This document shows, one piece after another, positions 32,641-43,084 of a DNA stretch of 64,000 nt. The notes beneath the pieces are model-generated. The model was not told the DNA's origin. It made no database searches and saw only the letters and a list, made by a program, of their open reading frames with translations. Position 1 is the first letter of the stretch, and each line of letters opens with the position of its first letter. The position numbers and the translations under genes are program-made. Source of the stretch: Vulcanimicrobiota bacterium (GTDB lineage Bacteria > Vulcanimicrobiota > Vulcanimicrobiia > Vulcanimicrobiales > Vulcanimicrobiaceae); contig CAVTCS010000003.1 in the NCBI GenBank assembly GCA_963733295.1, positions 704,001 through 768,000 of the forward strand. The letters are read 5' to 3'.

Positions 32641-35394
32641 CTACGTGGCCGGCGCTGCAGCGCTCGCTTCGAGCGCGAGCGCGACCGCCGCATCAGGTGA
32701 AAGCGACTCACCTCGGGCCTTGAGACGTTGCCGCTCGTCTGAACCGAACCGTTCGTCGAGCATCGCGCGCAAGCGACGTTGCGTCGCATCGCGACGGGCG
32801 AACTCGAAAGCCCTCGGACTTGGAAGAGCCGCCTCCGCATACGCTGCGAGCGCAGCTCCATCGCTCAGGTTTCCTTCGATAAGCAGCGTCAGCGCGAGTT
32901 CTTCGATCGCCATGACCGTGGCACCCGAGCCTGGTTCGCGTGGGCCGAGCGCGTCGAGGGCCTCTCGCGACGCCGCCCGCGCGCCTGCGTCGTCCCCACT
33001 GATTCGGTAGCACGCCGCGAGCAGCGCAAGCGCCGGGCCGAGATAGAGTGGGCTTTGCTTGGCGCGCATACTTGGGAGCACTTCCTCGAGCACCGCGATC
33101 GCGTGAGGGACGTCGCGCTGGAACTCGGCGTCGGCGAGATTCAAGGCCATGCCCCAATTGTAGGTGTCTCCGAGCGCAGTGTGGCTGCGCCAAAGGCGCT
33201 CGTATTCGCGCGCCGCGACATCGACGTCACCGCGCCTGTTCGCGAGCACGGCCCGGTCGATCTCAAGACCAAGCCGATGCACTTCCGCCAGGCCGGGTAG
33301 CGCTTGCGCTTCGTCGAGCGCTCCCTCGGCCTCGCTGAAGCGACCGGTGCTCGAGGCCGCAGCCGCATAGGTGGCAAGTGTAGAACAGAGCGCGGGAGTA
33401 ACGTGACCTTCGCGTCGAGCGTAGGCAAGCGCGCGGCTGGCCGCCTCAAATTCCTCGTTGACATCGGCGTGGAAGCTGTGCAGCCGCGCAACGAGCATCC
33501 AGAGATGACGCAGCAACCCCGCTTCGCTCTCGGGGATCAGTTCGATGAACGCGTGAAGGCGGCGGAGGCCTTCGGGACCGAGACCGGATGCAACCCAAGC
33601 CTCGCCGATTTGGGTCAGCATCCGTGCCGCTTCGAGCACCCGCGCCGATCCGGCCGCGGAATCGAGCGCTGCGCGAACGTCTTCGAGCTCGGAGCCGAGC
33701 GCGTCGATCAGCTCGTCGTTGCGCATGGTCGCATCGAAGCGCGTGCGTGCCGCTGCGAAGTGCTCGCGCAGAAAGCGGAGCCTCCGCTCCTCGAGCATCT
33801 CGACCTCACCGGCTGCCGCGAGCTTTTCGCGCGCGTAGGCCCGCGTCGACTCGAGCATCCGGTAGCGCTGTTCTTCACCGGAGCGTTCGGAGAGGACGAG
33901 CGACTTGTCGACAAGCGAGGCGAGAACCTCGACCACGTCCGGCCCGTCGCTCGCCTCGGCGTCCGCGATCGTCGCGCCCTCGAGCGGAAACCCATCGACG
34001 AAGACGCTCAAACGCCGAAAGAGCGCTCGCTCCCGCTCGTCGAGCAAATCGTGGCTCCAGTCGATCAGCGCGCGCAACGTTTGCTGCCTCGGCAACGCGT
34101 CGCGGTTGCCGCCGGTGAGGACCCGGAAGCGTTCGTCGAGCCGCTCGCGGATTTGGCGTGGGCTCAAGATGGTCACACGCGCTGCGGCAAGTTCGATCGC
34201 GAGTGGAATTCCGTCCAGATGCCGGCAAATCTCGGCAACGATTGCTTCGTTGCCGCCGGTCAGACTGAAATGCTGGTCGACGGCCTTCGCGCGGTCGGCG
34301 AACAGCGCGATCGAGGCTTCGGCCGACAGCGAGGGCATGCGATAGACGATCTCGCCCGTCACGTTGAGCGGCTGACGGCTTGTCGCCAAGATCCGCACCT
34401 TGGGGCACACGCGGAGAATCGCGGCGCTCAGTCCGGCGATGCCCTCGAGGACGTGCTCGCAATTGTCGAGGACGAGCAACGCGTCCTTGGCTGCCAGGGC
34501 TTGCAGCAAGGTCTGCTGCGGATCGAGCCCAGACGCGAGCGTCAATTGGGCCGCTTGCGCGATCGTGGACGGCAGATACGCCGACTGCGCGATAGCTGCG
34601 AGTTCGACGAACCAGACGCCGTCGTGATAGCGCTCGACAACGTCGGCCGCGACCTGCAGCGCCGCGCGCGTCTTGCCGACGCCGCCCGAACCGGCTAACG
34701 TCACCAGCCTTTGCTCCCCCAGGAGCGCAGCGATTTCGGTCACCTCGGCGTCGCGACCGACGAAGGTCGTCAACCTGTTCGGTAAGTTGTTCGCCAGTAC
34801 GTCGAGCGATCGGAGTGGCGGAAACGCTTCGCTTAGCCCCGGGGCGACGAGTTGATAGACGATTTCGGGTTCGGCCAAATCCTTGAGCCGGTGGGTACCT
34901 AACTCAAGCAAACCGCTCTCGGGCGGCAGCAGCCCCTGCACGAGATTGCGTGCTGCGTTCGAGAGCAAGACCTGCCCACCGTGTCCGATCGCGAGCAAGC
35001 GCGCGACCCGATTCACGACCGGGCCGAAGTAGTCGCCGTCGCGCTCGTCGGCGCTGCCCGCGTGCAGCGCCATGCGCACCCGCACGCCGTCGACCGCCGA
35101 AAAATCTTCCTCAGCGAGCCGGTGCTGTGCGGCCAGGGCCGCTTCGAGCGCGTCGCCCGCGCGGGCGAACGCAACGCAGAAGGCGTCACCGATCGTCTTG
35201 AACACGAAGCCATCGTGCCCCGAAAAGACGGCGTACATGAGCTCATCGTGCCGGCGCAGCGCCGCGCGCATCGCTTCCCCCGCGCGCTCCCAACGCAGCG
35301 TGCTGCCCTCGATGTCGGTAAAGACGAAGGTGACGATGCCGCTCGGCCGCCCGGCCCCTGCCGGTACAGGCTCGGCCGCGCCGCTCGAGTTCAT
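32641..35394 (-). CDS. Class III nucleotide cyclase + STAND ATPase + TPR-like protein
   Basis: [43 protein letters not shown]; start approximate. Confidence 0.9.
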   Translation of the reverse strand: MNSSGAAEPVPAGAGRPSGIVTFVFTDIEGSTLRWERAGEAMRAALRRHDELMYAVFSGHDGFVFKTIGDAFCVAFARAGDALEAALAAQHRLAEEDFSAVDGVRVRMALHAGSADERDGDYFGPVVNRVARLLAIGHGGQVLLSNAARNLVQGLLPPESGLLELGTHRLKDLAEPEIVYQLVAPGLSEAFPPLRSLDVLANNLPNRLTTFVGRDAEVTEIAALLGEQRLVTLAGSGGVGKTRAALQVAADVVERYHDGVWFVELAAIAQSAYLPSTIAQAAQLTLASGLDPQQTLLQALAAKDALLVLDNCEHVLEGIAGLSAAILRVCPKVRILATSRQPLNVTGEIVYRMPSLSAEASIALFADRAKAVDQHFSLTGGNEAIVAEICRHLDGIPLAIELAAARVTILSPRQIRERLDERFRVLTGGNRDALPRQQTLRALIDWSHDLLDERERALFRRLSVFVDGFPLEGATIADAEASDGPDVVEVLASLVDKSLVLSERSGEEQRYRMLESTRAYAREKLAAAGEVEMLEERRLRFLREHFAAARTRFDATMRNDELIDALGSELEDVRAALDSAAGSARVLEAARMLTQIGEAWVASGLGPEGLRRLHAFIELIPESEAGLLRHLWMLVARLHSFHADVNEEFEAASRALAYARREGHVTPALCSTLATYAAAASSTGRFSEAEGALDEAQALPGLAEVHRLGLEIDRAVLANRRGDVDVAAREYERLWRSHTALGDTYNWGMALNLADAEFQRDVPHAIAVLEEVLPSMRAKQSPLYLGPALALLAACYRISGDDAGARAASREALDALGPREPGSGATVMAIEELALTLLIEGNLSDGAALAAYAEAALPSPRAFEFARRDATQRRLRAMLDERFGSDERQRLKARGESLSPDAAVALALEASAAAPAT

Positions 35395-35526
35395 GCGCGG
35401 GCCTTCGCTAGCGGCCCCGCTCGAACCAGCCTCTTCGGCGCGAAAAGAAAATCGCGCGTGCGCTTTCCGTACGCTCTTCCATGCAGGCACGCGTGCGGTG
35501 ATATCCTGAAAAGAGAGAAAACGCCC

Positions 35527-35610
35527 GGGATGATGGTGGAACCGGCAGACACAGCAGACTTAAAATTTGCCGCTCGAAAGAGCATCCGAGTTCGAGTCTC
35601 GGTCATCCCA
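35527..35610 (+). tRNA. tRNA-Leu (TAA)
   Basis: GGGATGA/TCATCCC acceptor stem, CTTAAAA anticodon loop, long variable arm, GTTCGAG; CCA not encoded. Confidence 0.92.
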
Positions 35611-35636
35611 AACCGAGGGTTACGGCTCTCCGCCGG

Positions 35637-35915
35637 CTAGCGGACGACGGTAACCAGACAGTAAAACAGCGAGCCGTACAGTCCGGCGATCAAGCTCAGC
35701 ACGAACGCGTCGATTCCGTTCAGCCGCCATCTGATGCGCTGACGCTTGTGCGAACGCGGCCACCGGGCGGGAAGCGGAGCCGGTGATTCCGCGCGGCCCT
35801 CGCACACGCTTGGAACGACGAATTCGGCGGCCGGACAAATCACCACCCACGAACGGCGGCGGTGGTCGCGCACCACACCGATCCTGGTAAAGTGACCGCG
35901 CATTCTCTCGCTCAT
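35637..35915 (-). CDS. Small hypothetical membrane protein
   Basis: 92-aa ORF with C-terminal TM. Confidence 0.45.
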   Translation of the reverse strand: MSERMRGHFTRIGVVRDHRRRSWVVICPAAEFVVPSVCEGRAESPAPLPARWPRSHKRQRIRWRLNGIDAFVLSLIAGLYGSLFYCLVTVVR

Positions 35916-36019
35916 TGGCCCCTTGAACCTTTCGTCGCGAGTGCGGGAAGGTCCGCGAGACTGGGCCCACCAATTGCAGTGAGTTTGCCCTTACTCGCCG
36001 TCCTGGAGGCCGCCCCCGG

Positions 36020-36808
36020 GTGAAGATCGTCGTCACCGTTAAGCTCGTACCCGATACGAACGCCGACAAGCGTATCGATCCCGGGACCAAGCGACTCGTG
36101 CGGACCGGCGTGGAGACGGTGCTCAACCCCTTCGACGAGTACGCGCTCGAAGCGGCGCTCCAGCTCAAGGAGAAAACCGGGGGCGACAGCACCGTTACCG
36201 TCGTCGCGATGGCCCCGGAAGCTGGGAAAGAGGTCGTGCGCAAAGCGCTCGCGATGGGTGCCGACGACGCCGTCATGATCTCCGATGCAGGCTGCGAAGG
36301 CTCCGACGTCTGGGGTACCGCCTTCGCGCTCGCCGGAGCGATCAAGAAAACCGGCTTCGATCTTGTGCTCTGCGGGACGCAGTCGACCGACGCGATAACC
36401 GGTGAAGTGCCCGGTGCGCTCGCGGAGTATCTGGGAGTTCCCGGACTGACCTACGTGCGTAAGTTCGAGGTCGACGGCTCGATCTTGAAGGCCGAACGCG
36501 AGACGGACGACGGCTATCTGCGAGTGACGGTGCCGCTACCGGCGGTGGTCAGCGTCACCAAGTCGATCAACGAGCCGCGCTATCCGTCCCTCAAAGGCAT
36601 CATGGGAGCCAAGAAAAAGACGATCGCGATGTTGACGCTGGCCGACCTCGCCTTGGGCCGGCCGATCGGTAGCGACGGTGCGAAAACCGAGTTGACGGCA
36701 CTCGCCGAGCCGGCCCCGCGCGAAAAGGGTCGCGTGGTTCAAGCGGCCGACGGACCCGAGGGTGCGCGAATCATCCTCGACTTCTTGCGGGAGAAGAAGC
36801 TCGTCTGA
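36020..36808 (+). CDS. etfB: Electron transfer flavoprotein beta subunit
   Basis: VKLVPD, NPFDEYALE, ALAMGAD, NEPRYPSLKGIM. Confidence 0.94.
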   Translation: MKIVVTVKLVPDTNADKRIDPGTKRLVRTGVETVLNPFDEYALEAALQLKEKTGGDSTVTVVAMAPEAGKEVVRKALAMGADDAVMISDAGCEGSDVWGTAFALAGAIKKTGFDLVLCGTQSTDAITGEVPGALAEYLGVPGLTYVRKFEVDGSILKAERETDDGYLRVTVPLPAVVSVTKSINEPRYPSLKGIMGAKKKTIAMLTLADLALGRPIGSDGAKTELTALAEPAPREKGRVVQAADGPEGARIILDFLREKKLV

Positions 36809-37791
36809 TGCGCGACGTCATCGTCTACATCGAACATACCGGCGACAAAGCGCGTCGCGTCTCGCTGGAACTCGCGAGCAAGGCCAAGGAGTTCGCCGGC
36901 GCGCTCGGAGGCAAAGCCCACGCCGTCGTGCTCGGGGCCGGCGCCGAAGCGATCGCCGAGCAGCTCAAGGCCTACCCCCTCGACACGATCCACCTCGCGA
37001 CCGACCCGGACATCGATGCCTTTCTCGTCGACCCTCAAGTCGATTATCTCGAAGCGGTTGCCAAAGCGACTGGCCCCGCGCTTTTGCTCGTCCCGAACAC
37101 GATGCTAGGCCGTGACGTGGGCAGCCGCGTTGCTGCGCGACTCGAGGCCGGCTTGACCTCCGACGTCACCGACCTCGCGTTCGAAGGCGGCTCGGTCGGG
37201 TGCGTCTCACCCAAGCTGGGCGGCTTGACGATTACCACTTGCCGCTTCAAGAGCGATTACGGAGTGGCCGCGATCCGTCCGAACACGTTCAAAGCTCAGC
37301 AGCAGCCGGGTTCGGCGCAGATCGTGAAAATCGAGAAACCGGCCGGCAAATCTTACGCCATCCGCGTCGAGGAGGCCGTCGTCGAGGCCGCCGGAGAGCT
37401 CGGAGTTGAAGAAGCCTCGATCGTCGTCAGCGGCGGGCGCGGCGTTGGCGGCCCGGAACCCTTCAAGACGATTCTCAAGGATCTCGCCGACGCGTTAGGC
37501 GGTGCGGTCGGCGCTTCGCGCGCCGCGGTCGACGCCGGCTGGGTATCGCACGGTCACCAGGTTGGTCAGACAGGCAAAACGATCAGCCCTCAGCTGTACG
37601 TCGCCGTCGGTATTTCGGGCGCGATTCAGCACAAAGTTGGAATGAGAACGTCCAGTACCATCGTTGCCATAAACAAGGACGGCACGGTTCCGATCGGCGA
37701 CTTTGCCGATCTGGTCGTGGTCGGCGACCTCTTCCAAATCGTTCCCGAACTGACTCAAGCGATTCGCGCTAACGCCGCGGCGCATACATGA
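36808..37791 (+). CDS. etfA: Electron transfer flavoprotein alpha subunit
   Basis: VSGGRG, ASRAAVDAGW, QVGQTGK, GISGAIQH. Confidence 0.95.
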   Translation: MRDVIVYIEHTGDKARRVSLELASKAKEFAGALGGKAHAVVLGAGAEAIAEQLKAYPLDTIHLATDPDIDAFLVDPQVDYLEAVAKATGPALLLVPNTMLGRDVGSRVAARLEAGLTSDVTDLAFEGGSVGCVSPKLGGLTITTCRFKSDYGVAAIRPNTFKAQQQPGSAQIVKIEKPAGKSYAIRVEEAVVEAAGELGVEEASIVVSGGRGVGGPEPFKTILKDLADALGGAVGASRAAVDAGWVSHGHQVGQTGKTISPQLYVAVGISGAIQHKVGMRTSSTIVAINKDGTVPIGDFADLVVVGDLFQIVPELTQAIRANAAAHT

Positions 37792-37798
37792 TTGGATT

Positions 37799-39358
37799 TT
37801 GATTTTGAACCACCGTTTCACTCACGCACTCGCCGCAGCCACTCTCGCGCTTGCGGCCGCGTTCGCCGTTCAGCCGGGTGCACTCGCGGCTTCCAAAGGC
37901 ACGGCGGCACCCGCGACCCCGTCGCCGTCTCCCGCGCCGCTTCCGACCGCCTCGCCCGAGCCGCCCTCCGTCGCAATTCCGCGTCTCGAAAGCGTCATTC
38001 AAAAGAACCCGAACGACAAGGAGTCGATGGCCGATTTGGCGGGCTACTACCTCGCGGTAGGGCGCGCCCCACAGGCGCTCACGCTAACGCAGCGCCTTCT
38101 GACCTCCGGCGATAAGACCGCTCAAATCTACTATTTGGACGGCACCGCCAATCAGTCGCTGGGCCGCATCAAAGAAGCGACCGACGATTTCGAGAACGCT
38201 TCGAATCTCGAGCCGACCAACGCCACGATCTTGGTCACGCTGACCAACCTCTACTTGCAAACGAATCGTCCGGCCGATGCCGAGCGCGTGGCTAAACGAG
38301 CCACGACGTTCAACAAAGACGACGAGCGCGCGTGGATGAACTACGGTCTCGTCCTTGCAGAAGAGAAGAAGTACGACGACGCTCGCGTGCAGTTCGAGAC
38401 GGCCGCGAAGCTCGATCCGAAAGACCCTGGGCCGATCGTTCTCGAGGCGCGCAGTTACACCGCGCAGAACGCCGTGGCGCTGGGTCTTCAGGAATACGAT
38501 CGCGCCCTCGCGCTCAATCCGAAGTATCCCGACGCGTTGCTCGGGAAAGCGCGTCTCTACGCGATGCAACACGACGTCAAGAACTCGATTGCGACCTACG
38601 AGCAGTTGCTCGCGATCGTGCCGAACGACGACGAGAAAGCGAGCGTCGTGCTCGAAGAATTCGCGGTGTACCGCGCCGAAAAAATGGATTCCGACGCGAA
38701 CGCAACCATCAAACGCGCCGTCGACACGTGGCCGAAACTTCCGGGCCCGCACATCGTCTACGGCGACTACCTCAACGCCCAGAAGGATCAGGCCGGCGCG
38801 GCGCGCGAGTGGAACATCGCGCTTGGACCCAATCGGGATAACCCCGATGCGTTACAACGCCTTGCGGACCTCTCGCTCGTCCAGAACAAACCGCAGGACG
38901 CGGTCGGATACACCAAACGCTTGACCGAGATTTCGCCGAACGATCCCGGCGCGTGGCTGGCCTACGGTCAGACGTTGGCTTTCACTCGGCAGTGGCCGGC
39001 GGCGCGCGACGCGTTCCGCCACTCGTTCGAGGCGGCGCACACGCCGCAGGCGCTCGCCGGTATCGCGACGGCCGACTATCAGATGAAGAACTCGAAGGAA
39101 TGCGCGCAGATCTTCGACGCGATCGACAAGAACGTCCCGATTTTTCTCAAGCAGAACGCGCAGCTCTACTTCGTCATGGGCGATTGCTATCGCCAGAGCG
39201 GGCAGCGCGACAAGGCGAAATCCGCCTATCAGCGCTTACAGCCGTATTTGAAACCCGGCTCCCAGATCGCCAACGACGTTAAAAAAATCCTGGCCGATCT
39301 GAACGCGCCCGCCGCGACGGCCGCCAAGCCCAAACCGAGCGCTACGCCGAAGCGCTAA
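37799..39358 (+). CDS. Secreted tetratricopeptide repeat protein
   Basis: Signal peptide, Pro-rich linker, many TPRs. Confidence 0.85.
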   Translation: MILNHRFTHALAAATLALAAAFAVQPGALAASKGTAAPATPSPSPAPLPTASPEPPSVAIPRLESVIQKNPNDKESMADLAGYYLAVGRAPQALTLTQRLLTSGDKTAQIYYLDGTANQSLGRIKEATDDFENASNLEPTNATILVTLTNLYLQTNRPADAERVAKRATTFNKDDERAWMNYGLVLAEEKKYDDARVQFETAAKLDPKDPGPIVLEARSYTAQNAVALGLQEYDRALALNPKYPDALLGKARLYAMQHDVKNSIATYEQLLAIVPNDDEKASVVLEEFAVYRAEKMDSDANATIKRAVDTWPKLPGPHIVYGDYLNAQKDQAGAAREWNIALGPNRDNPDALQRLADLSLVQNKPQDAVGYTKRLTEISPNDPGAWLAYGQTLAFTRQWPAARDAFRHSFEAAHTPQALAGIATADYQMKNSKECAQIFDAIDKNVPIFLKQNAQLYFVMGDCYRQSGQRDKAKSAYQRLQPYLKPGSQIANDVKKILADLNAPAATAAKPKPSATPKR

Positions 39359-39371
39359 GCATAGTGTCCCC

Positions 39372-40382
39372 GTGATCGTCGTCTACGACGACCTCTGCCT
39401 GAAGCATCTACGGAACGTCGCGCATCCCGAATCCCCCGCTCGCGTCGCGGCCGTCGCCGCCCATCTCGAGTCGGCCGGCCTTATGGATCGGCGCTGCACT
39501 GCCCGCGATGCGACGGACGACGAGTTGCTGCTCGTTCACGAGCCGGCCTACCTCGAGCGAGTAAAACGCGACGTCGCGGAGGTGCGGCCGCAGGGTGGCT
39601 ACTTGTCGACGGGCGATACCGCGATCGACGATTCGTCGCTCGCGGTCGCGCGCCGCGCCGCGGGCGGAGCGCTCGTCGCGCTCGAGCGGGCCGTCGCCGA
39701 AAACTGCGCAGCTTTCGCGCTGATCAGGCCTCCGGGTCATCACGCCGAACCCGCGCGCGGGATGGGTTTCTGTCTTTTCGGCAGTGCGGCCATCGCAGCG
39801 CACGCATTCGTGCGCGAACACGGCGGGCGCGCGCTGATCGTCGATTTCGACTATCACCACGGCAACGGATCGCAGGCTGCCGCGCGTGACGGAGTCTCGT
39901 TCGTTTCGAGTCACGCGTTCCCGGCATATCCTGGAACGGGAGGCTCTTCCGAGAACGCGCTGCGTTCCGACGCCGCAGTCGTCAACGTGCCGTTGCGTCC
40001 GCACGGTTTCGGTACCGAGCCGTTCGTCGCGTTGTGGCAGCGCCTCTTGCCCGAGGTCGCGGCGGTCGTGCGCCCCGACGTCATCGTGGTGAGCGCCGGA
40101 TACGATTACGCCAGCGGCGATCCCGTCGGAGACCTCGGAGTCGACGGTCCTTTGGCGGCAGCAGAACTGGCGAGTTTGATTCGAGAGACCGCCGATACCT
40201 ACGCGCAGGGCAGGACCGTTTATTGTCTCGAGGGTGGTTACGATCCGCAAACGCTGGCGCGCTCGGTCGAAGCGACGCTGCGCGCGCACGATCGCGGAGC
40301 TTCGGGCGTCTCGGCGGAGTCGAGCGCGGTGCCGCTCGCGCAGCGCGCGATTCTCGAACAGGTCGCTTCGTGGCGCAACTGA
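39372..40382 (+). CDS. Histone deacetylase family protein
   Basis: HPESPAR, RPPGHHA, GFC, DFDYHHGNG, LEGGY. Confidence 0.92.
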   Translation: MIVVYDDLCLKHLRNVAHPESPARVAAVAAHLESAGLMDRRCTARDATDDELLLVHEPAYLERVKRDVAEVRPQGGYLSTGDTAIDDSSLAVARRAAGGALVALERAVAENCAAFALIRPPGHHAEPARGMGFCLFGSAAIAAHAFVREHGGRALIVDFDYHHGNGSQAAARDGVSFVSSHAFPAYPGTGGSSENALRSDAAVVNVPLRPHGFGTEPFVALWQRLLPEVAAVVRPDVIVVSAGYDYASGDPVGDLGVDGPLAAAELASLIRETADTYAQGRTVYCLEGGYDPQTLARSVEATLRAHDRGASGVSAESSAVPLAQRAILEQVASWRN

Positions 40383-40837
40383 TCTTCGTGCTGCGGGTGG
40401 GCGTCGGTGCGCTTTTGCTCGTGGCCGGCGTCTTGAAGGCGCACGATGGCTCGGCGGCTGTGGCGAGTTCGATTGCGGCCTATCGGTTGTTGCCTGGATC
40501 TGCCGTCGCGGTACTAGCCGTCTTCCTGCCCTATTTCGAGATCTTTCTCGGGGCGTACTTGCTCGCGGGACTGCTCACGCGGGTCGCGGGCTACGTCGCT
40601 GCCGCGCAATTCGTCGTTTTCGCCGCGGCCGTGGCGTCGCTCGTCATCCGGCGCATTCCAGCCGACTGCGGCTGCTTCGGCTCGGCAGCTCGAACGCCGC
40701 CCAGTTGGGGTCACGTCGCGCTCGACCTGCTGCTCGCCGCGGTCAGCGTGCTGATCGCGCGCCAAGGCCCCGGAATCTTCGCGGTCGACCGGCGCCTCGG
40801 CTTGGGCGGTTCCCGCCAAGCGCAGGCCGAAAGCTAA
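40370..40837 (+). CDS. MauE/DoxX family membrane protein
   Basis: LPYFE, DCGCFG. Confidence 0.85.
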   Translation: MAQLIFVLRVGVGALLLVAGVLKAHDGSAAVASSIAAYRLLPGSAVAVLAVFLPYFEIFLGAYLLAGLLTRVAGYVAAAQFVVFAAAVASLVIRRIPADCGCFGSAARTPPSWGHVALDLLLAAVSVLIARQGPGIFAVDRRLGLGGSRQAQAES

Positions 40838-40841
40838 GCGG

Positions 40842-41507
40842 ATGAATCGAGCCGAACGAAAAGGGACTCCATCTCAAGCTCAGCGGGCCGCGCAAAAGAA
40901 GCGTCAGCAAACGATTCTCTACGGTTCGCTCGGCGTCATAGCGATCGCCGCGATCGTCGCGGTTGCGCTCGCCTCGCGCGTGCCGAAGACCGCTTCGAAC
41001 GCGCCGACGTACGCACGCGTCGAGGTCGGCCAGCAGGCGCCTGACTTCTCCGTATTTGCGACGAGCGGTCCGTTCGTGCTCTCGAAGATAACCGACCGCC
41101 CCACTTTCCTCGAGCTCTTCGCGACTTGGTGCCCTCACTGTCAGCGAATGACCACCGTACTCGATGGGCTCTACGACAAATACAAGAACAGCGCCGCGTT
41201 TATCGCCGTCTCAGCGAGCGAATACGCCGCCGATCAGAGCCCCGAATCGCAAGCCGACGTTACCGATTTCATGAATAAGTTCAACGTTCGCTATCCGATC
41301 GCGTTCGACGCGAACCTCGACGTCGCAAAGAAGTATCTGCAAGGAGGCTTCCCGACCGTCGTGCTCATCGGGAAAGACGGCAAGGTTCTGGCGATCAACG
41401 ACGGCGAGATTCCGGCCAAGAATATTGCCGCCGCTCTCGACGCGGCGATCGCCGGAAAACCGGTCAAGGCGGACTTCGGAATCACGCGGCCGCCGGTCGG
41501 CGGTTAG
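40842..41507 (+). CDS. Membrane-anchored TlpA/redoxin
   Basis: FATWCPHCQ, GFPT. Confidence 0.88.
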   Translation: MNRAERKGTPSQAQRAAQKKRQQTILYGSLGVIAIAAIVAVALASRVPKTASNAPTYARVEVGQQAPDFSVFATSGPFVLSKITDRPTFLELFATWCPHCQRMTTVLDGLYDKYKNSAAFIAVSASEYAADQSPESQADVTDFMNKFNVRYPIAFDANLDVAKKYLQGGFPTVVLIGKDGKVLAINDGEIPAKNIAAALDAAIAGKPVKADFGITRPPVGG

Positions 41508-41517
41508 CCCGGAGCGG

Positions 41518-42573
41518 TTAAGGGACGACGCTCTTCGCGATTTCGATGAGTTCGGGTCGCATGAGATCGCTCACGAGCGCGAAGTAGAGTCCCCGCTCGC
41601 GCCACGTCAGAAGCGTCGTGGGTCCGTCCTCGACATACTCGGCGTCGTGTCCGCCAAAGCGCGCGGTGCGCGGGCGTAGCGTCCCGAAATCGGCAGCGGC
41701 CCCGGTTGCGTTCTCGAAGAGCGAGATCGTGCGCAGTCCGTCCGAGTATAGCAAGTGCAGGGTGCGGACCCCGTTCACGATCGTGACGTCGCCGGTCGCC
41801 AAGATGAAGCCCTGCGGCAGATCCTTGGGGCTGGCCGGCGTGAAGCCCGCGTCGCGCTCGACGCGCTCGACGTTGGAGGACGGCGTGACGATTTCCGTAC
41901 CCGCGACCTGCTCGTAACCCGCGGGAGCATCGGTCGCAAAGATGTCGTCGGGGATTTGGGTCGTATAGCGAAGTTCTTCGAAACGCATTTGTGACGCGAC
42001 CGCCCCGTTGCCGTGGTACTCTTCTTTCTTGAGCACGAGGTGCGTCTGCTCGTCGATCCAAAGGCGGACCGCACGCTCGCCGGTGTATTTGTTGATCAGC
42101 GAGAGCGAGACCGTCGGGCGGTTGGCGATCGTTTCGTGACCGTCGAAAACCGTGCGATAGTTCTGCATGACGCGGTCGAGGTTGCCATTCGCCGAGACCG
42201 TATCGTCGAGCATCGGGTTGTGGGTCACGGTAACGCGTTCGTGCTTAGTATCGAATTGATAGGTGGCGATTCCGCGCGTAATGATGTAGTCGCCGTAGAG
42301 CGAATCCGGCGCGAGATACCAGCGCCGAGTGAGCGAGGGAGCGCGGTGTTCGACGCGCACGATCGTAGCGATGGCCCGGCTCGAGCTGAAGCGGATCGTT
42401 TGTAATTCACCGACGTACGAGACGCTCTTCGGCGCGTCGAGACATTCGTGGAGCAGCACCGCGGCTTGATCGGCCGGCGTCGTCGCGGCCGTCGCGGCGG
42501 CCGCCACGAATGCAAAGCCGAAGACGGTCAACGAGTTCCGTGCGGCGCGGTTAGCGTACGGCATCGATGGCAA
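41518..42573 (-). CDS. RseB/MucB-like (LolA-fold) periplasmic sigma-E regulator
   Basis: Signal peptide, RLWIDEQTHLVLK, HLLYSDGLRTISLFE. Confidence 0.8.
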   Translation of the reverse strand: MPSMPYANRAARNSLTVFGFAFVAAAATAATTPADQAAVLLHECLDAPKSVSYVGELQTIRFSSSRAIATIVRVEHRAPSLTRRWYLAPDSLYGDYIITRGIATYQFDTKHERVTVTHNPMLDDTVSANGNLDRVMQNYRTVFDGHETIANRPTVSLSLINKYTGERAVRLWIDEQTHLVLKKEEYHGNGAVASQMRFEELRYTTQIPDDIFATDAPAGYEQVAGTEIVTPSSNVERVERDAGFTPASPKDLPQGFILATGDVTIVNGVRTLHLLYSDGLRTISLFENATGAAADFGTLRPRTARFGGHDAEYVEDGPTTLLTWRERGLYFALVSDLMRPELIEIAKSVVP

Positions 42574-43084
42574 CGCCCAGCACTCGTGGGCTGCGCTCTT
42601 CGCCGGTTCCTCCGGCCGGAGCGGCGTCGACCAGCGACGACTCGATCACCTGGACTGGGCCCCGTTCCGAAATCGGGTCAGAAGCTTCTTGTCCGGCGTG
42701 TTGTTCGATATAGTAGCTCGCGTCGATCGTCCGATCGGGGGCGGGTGTTCGGCCCAGCGGCGTCCCGAAGTACGCGCCGAGGCCGATCGCCACGACCAGC
42801 GGAACTGCGACCACGGGCCGTAAGAGGATCGCGAGGCTCGCGAACGGGCCCGGCCGCAAAGCGCGGATTTTTTCCCAGGTCCGGGCCGCAACGATCGAAG
42901 GGAACTCGACTTCCTGCGCGCGGGCAGCGGCGCGCAACGCTTCGCCGACGCCCACTTCGGCGTCGTACTGTTCGCGGCACGTCGGACAGCCGGCCAGGTG
43001 ACCGTGCACGCCAGCGTCGGCCTCCGGCGTAAGCTCGCCGTGGATGTAGTCGATCAGAACCTCGGGAGAAAGATGCTGGGTCAT
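42551..43084 (-). CDS. Zinc-finger (HxxxCxxC) anti-sigma factor
   Basis: HLAGCPTC plus single TM, downstream of ECF sigma. Confidence 0.88.
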   Translation of the reverse strand: MTQHLSPEVLIDYIHGELTPEADAGVHGHLAGCPTCREQYDAEVGVGEALRAAARAQEVEFPSIVAARTWEKIRALRPGPFASLAILLRPVVAVPLVVAIGLGAYFGTPLGRTPAPDRTIDASYYIEQHAGQEASDPISERGPVQVIESSLVDAAPAGGTGEERSPRVLGVAIDAVR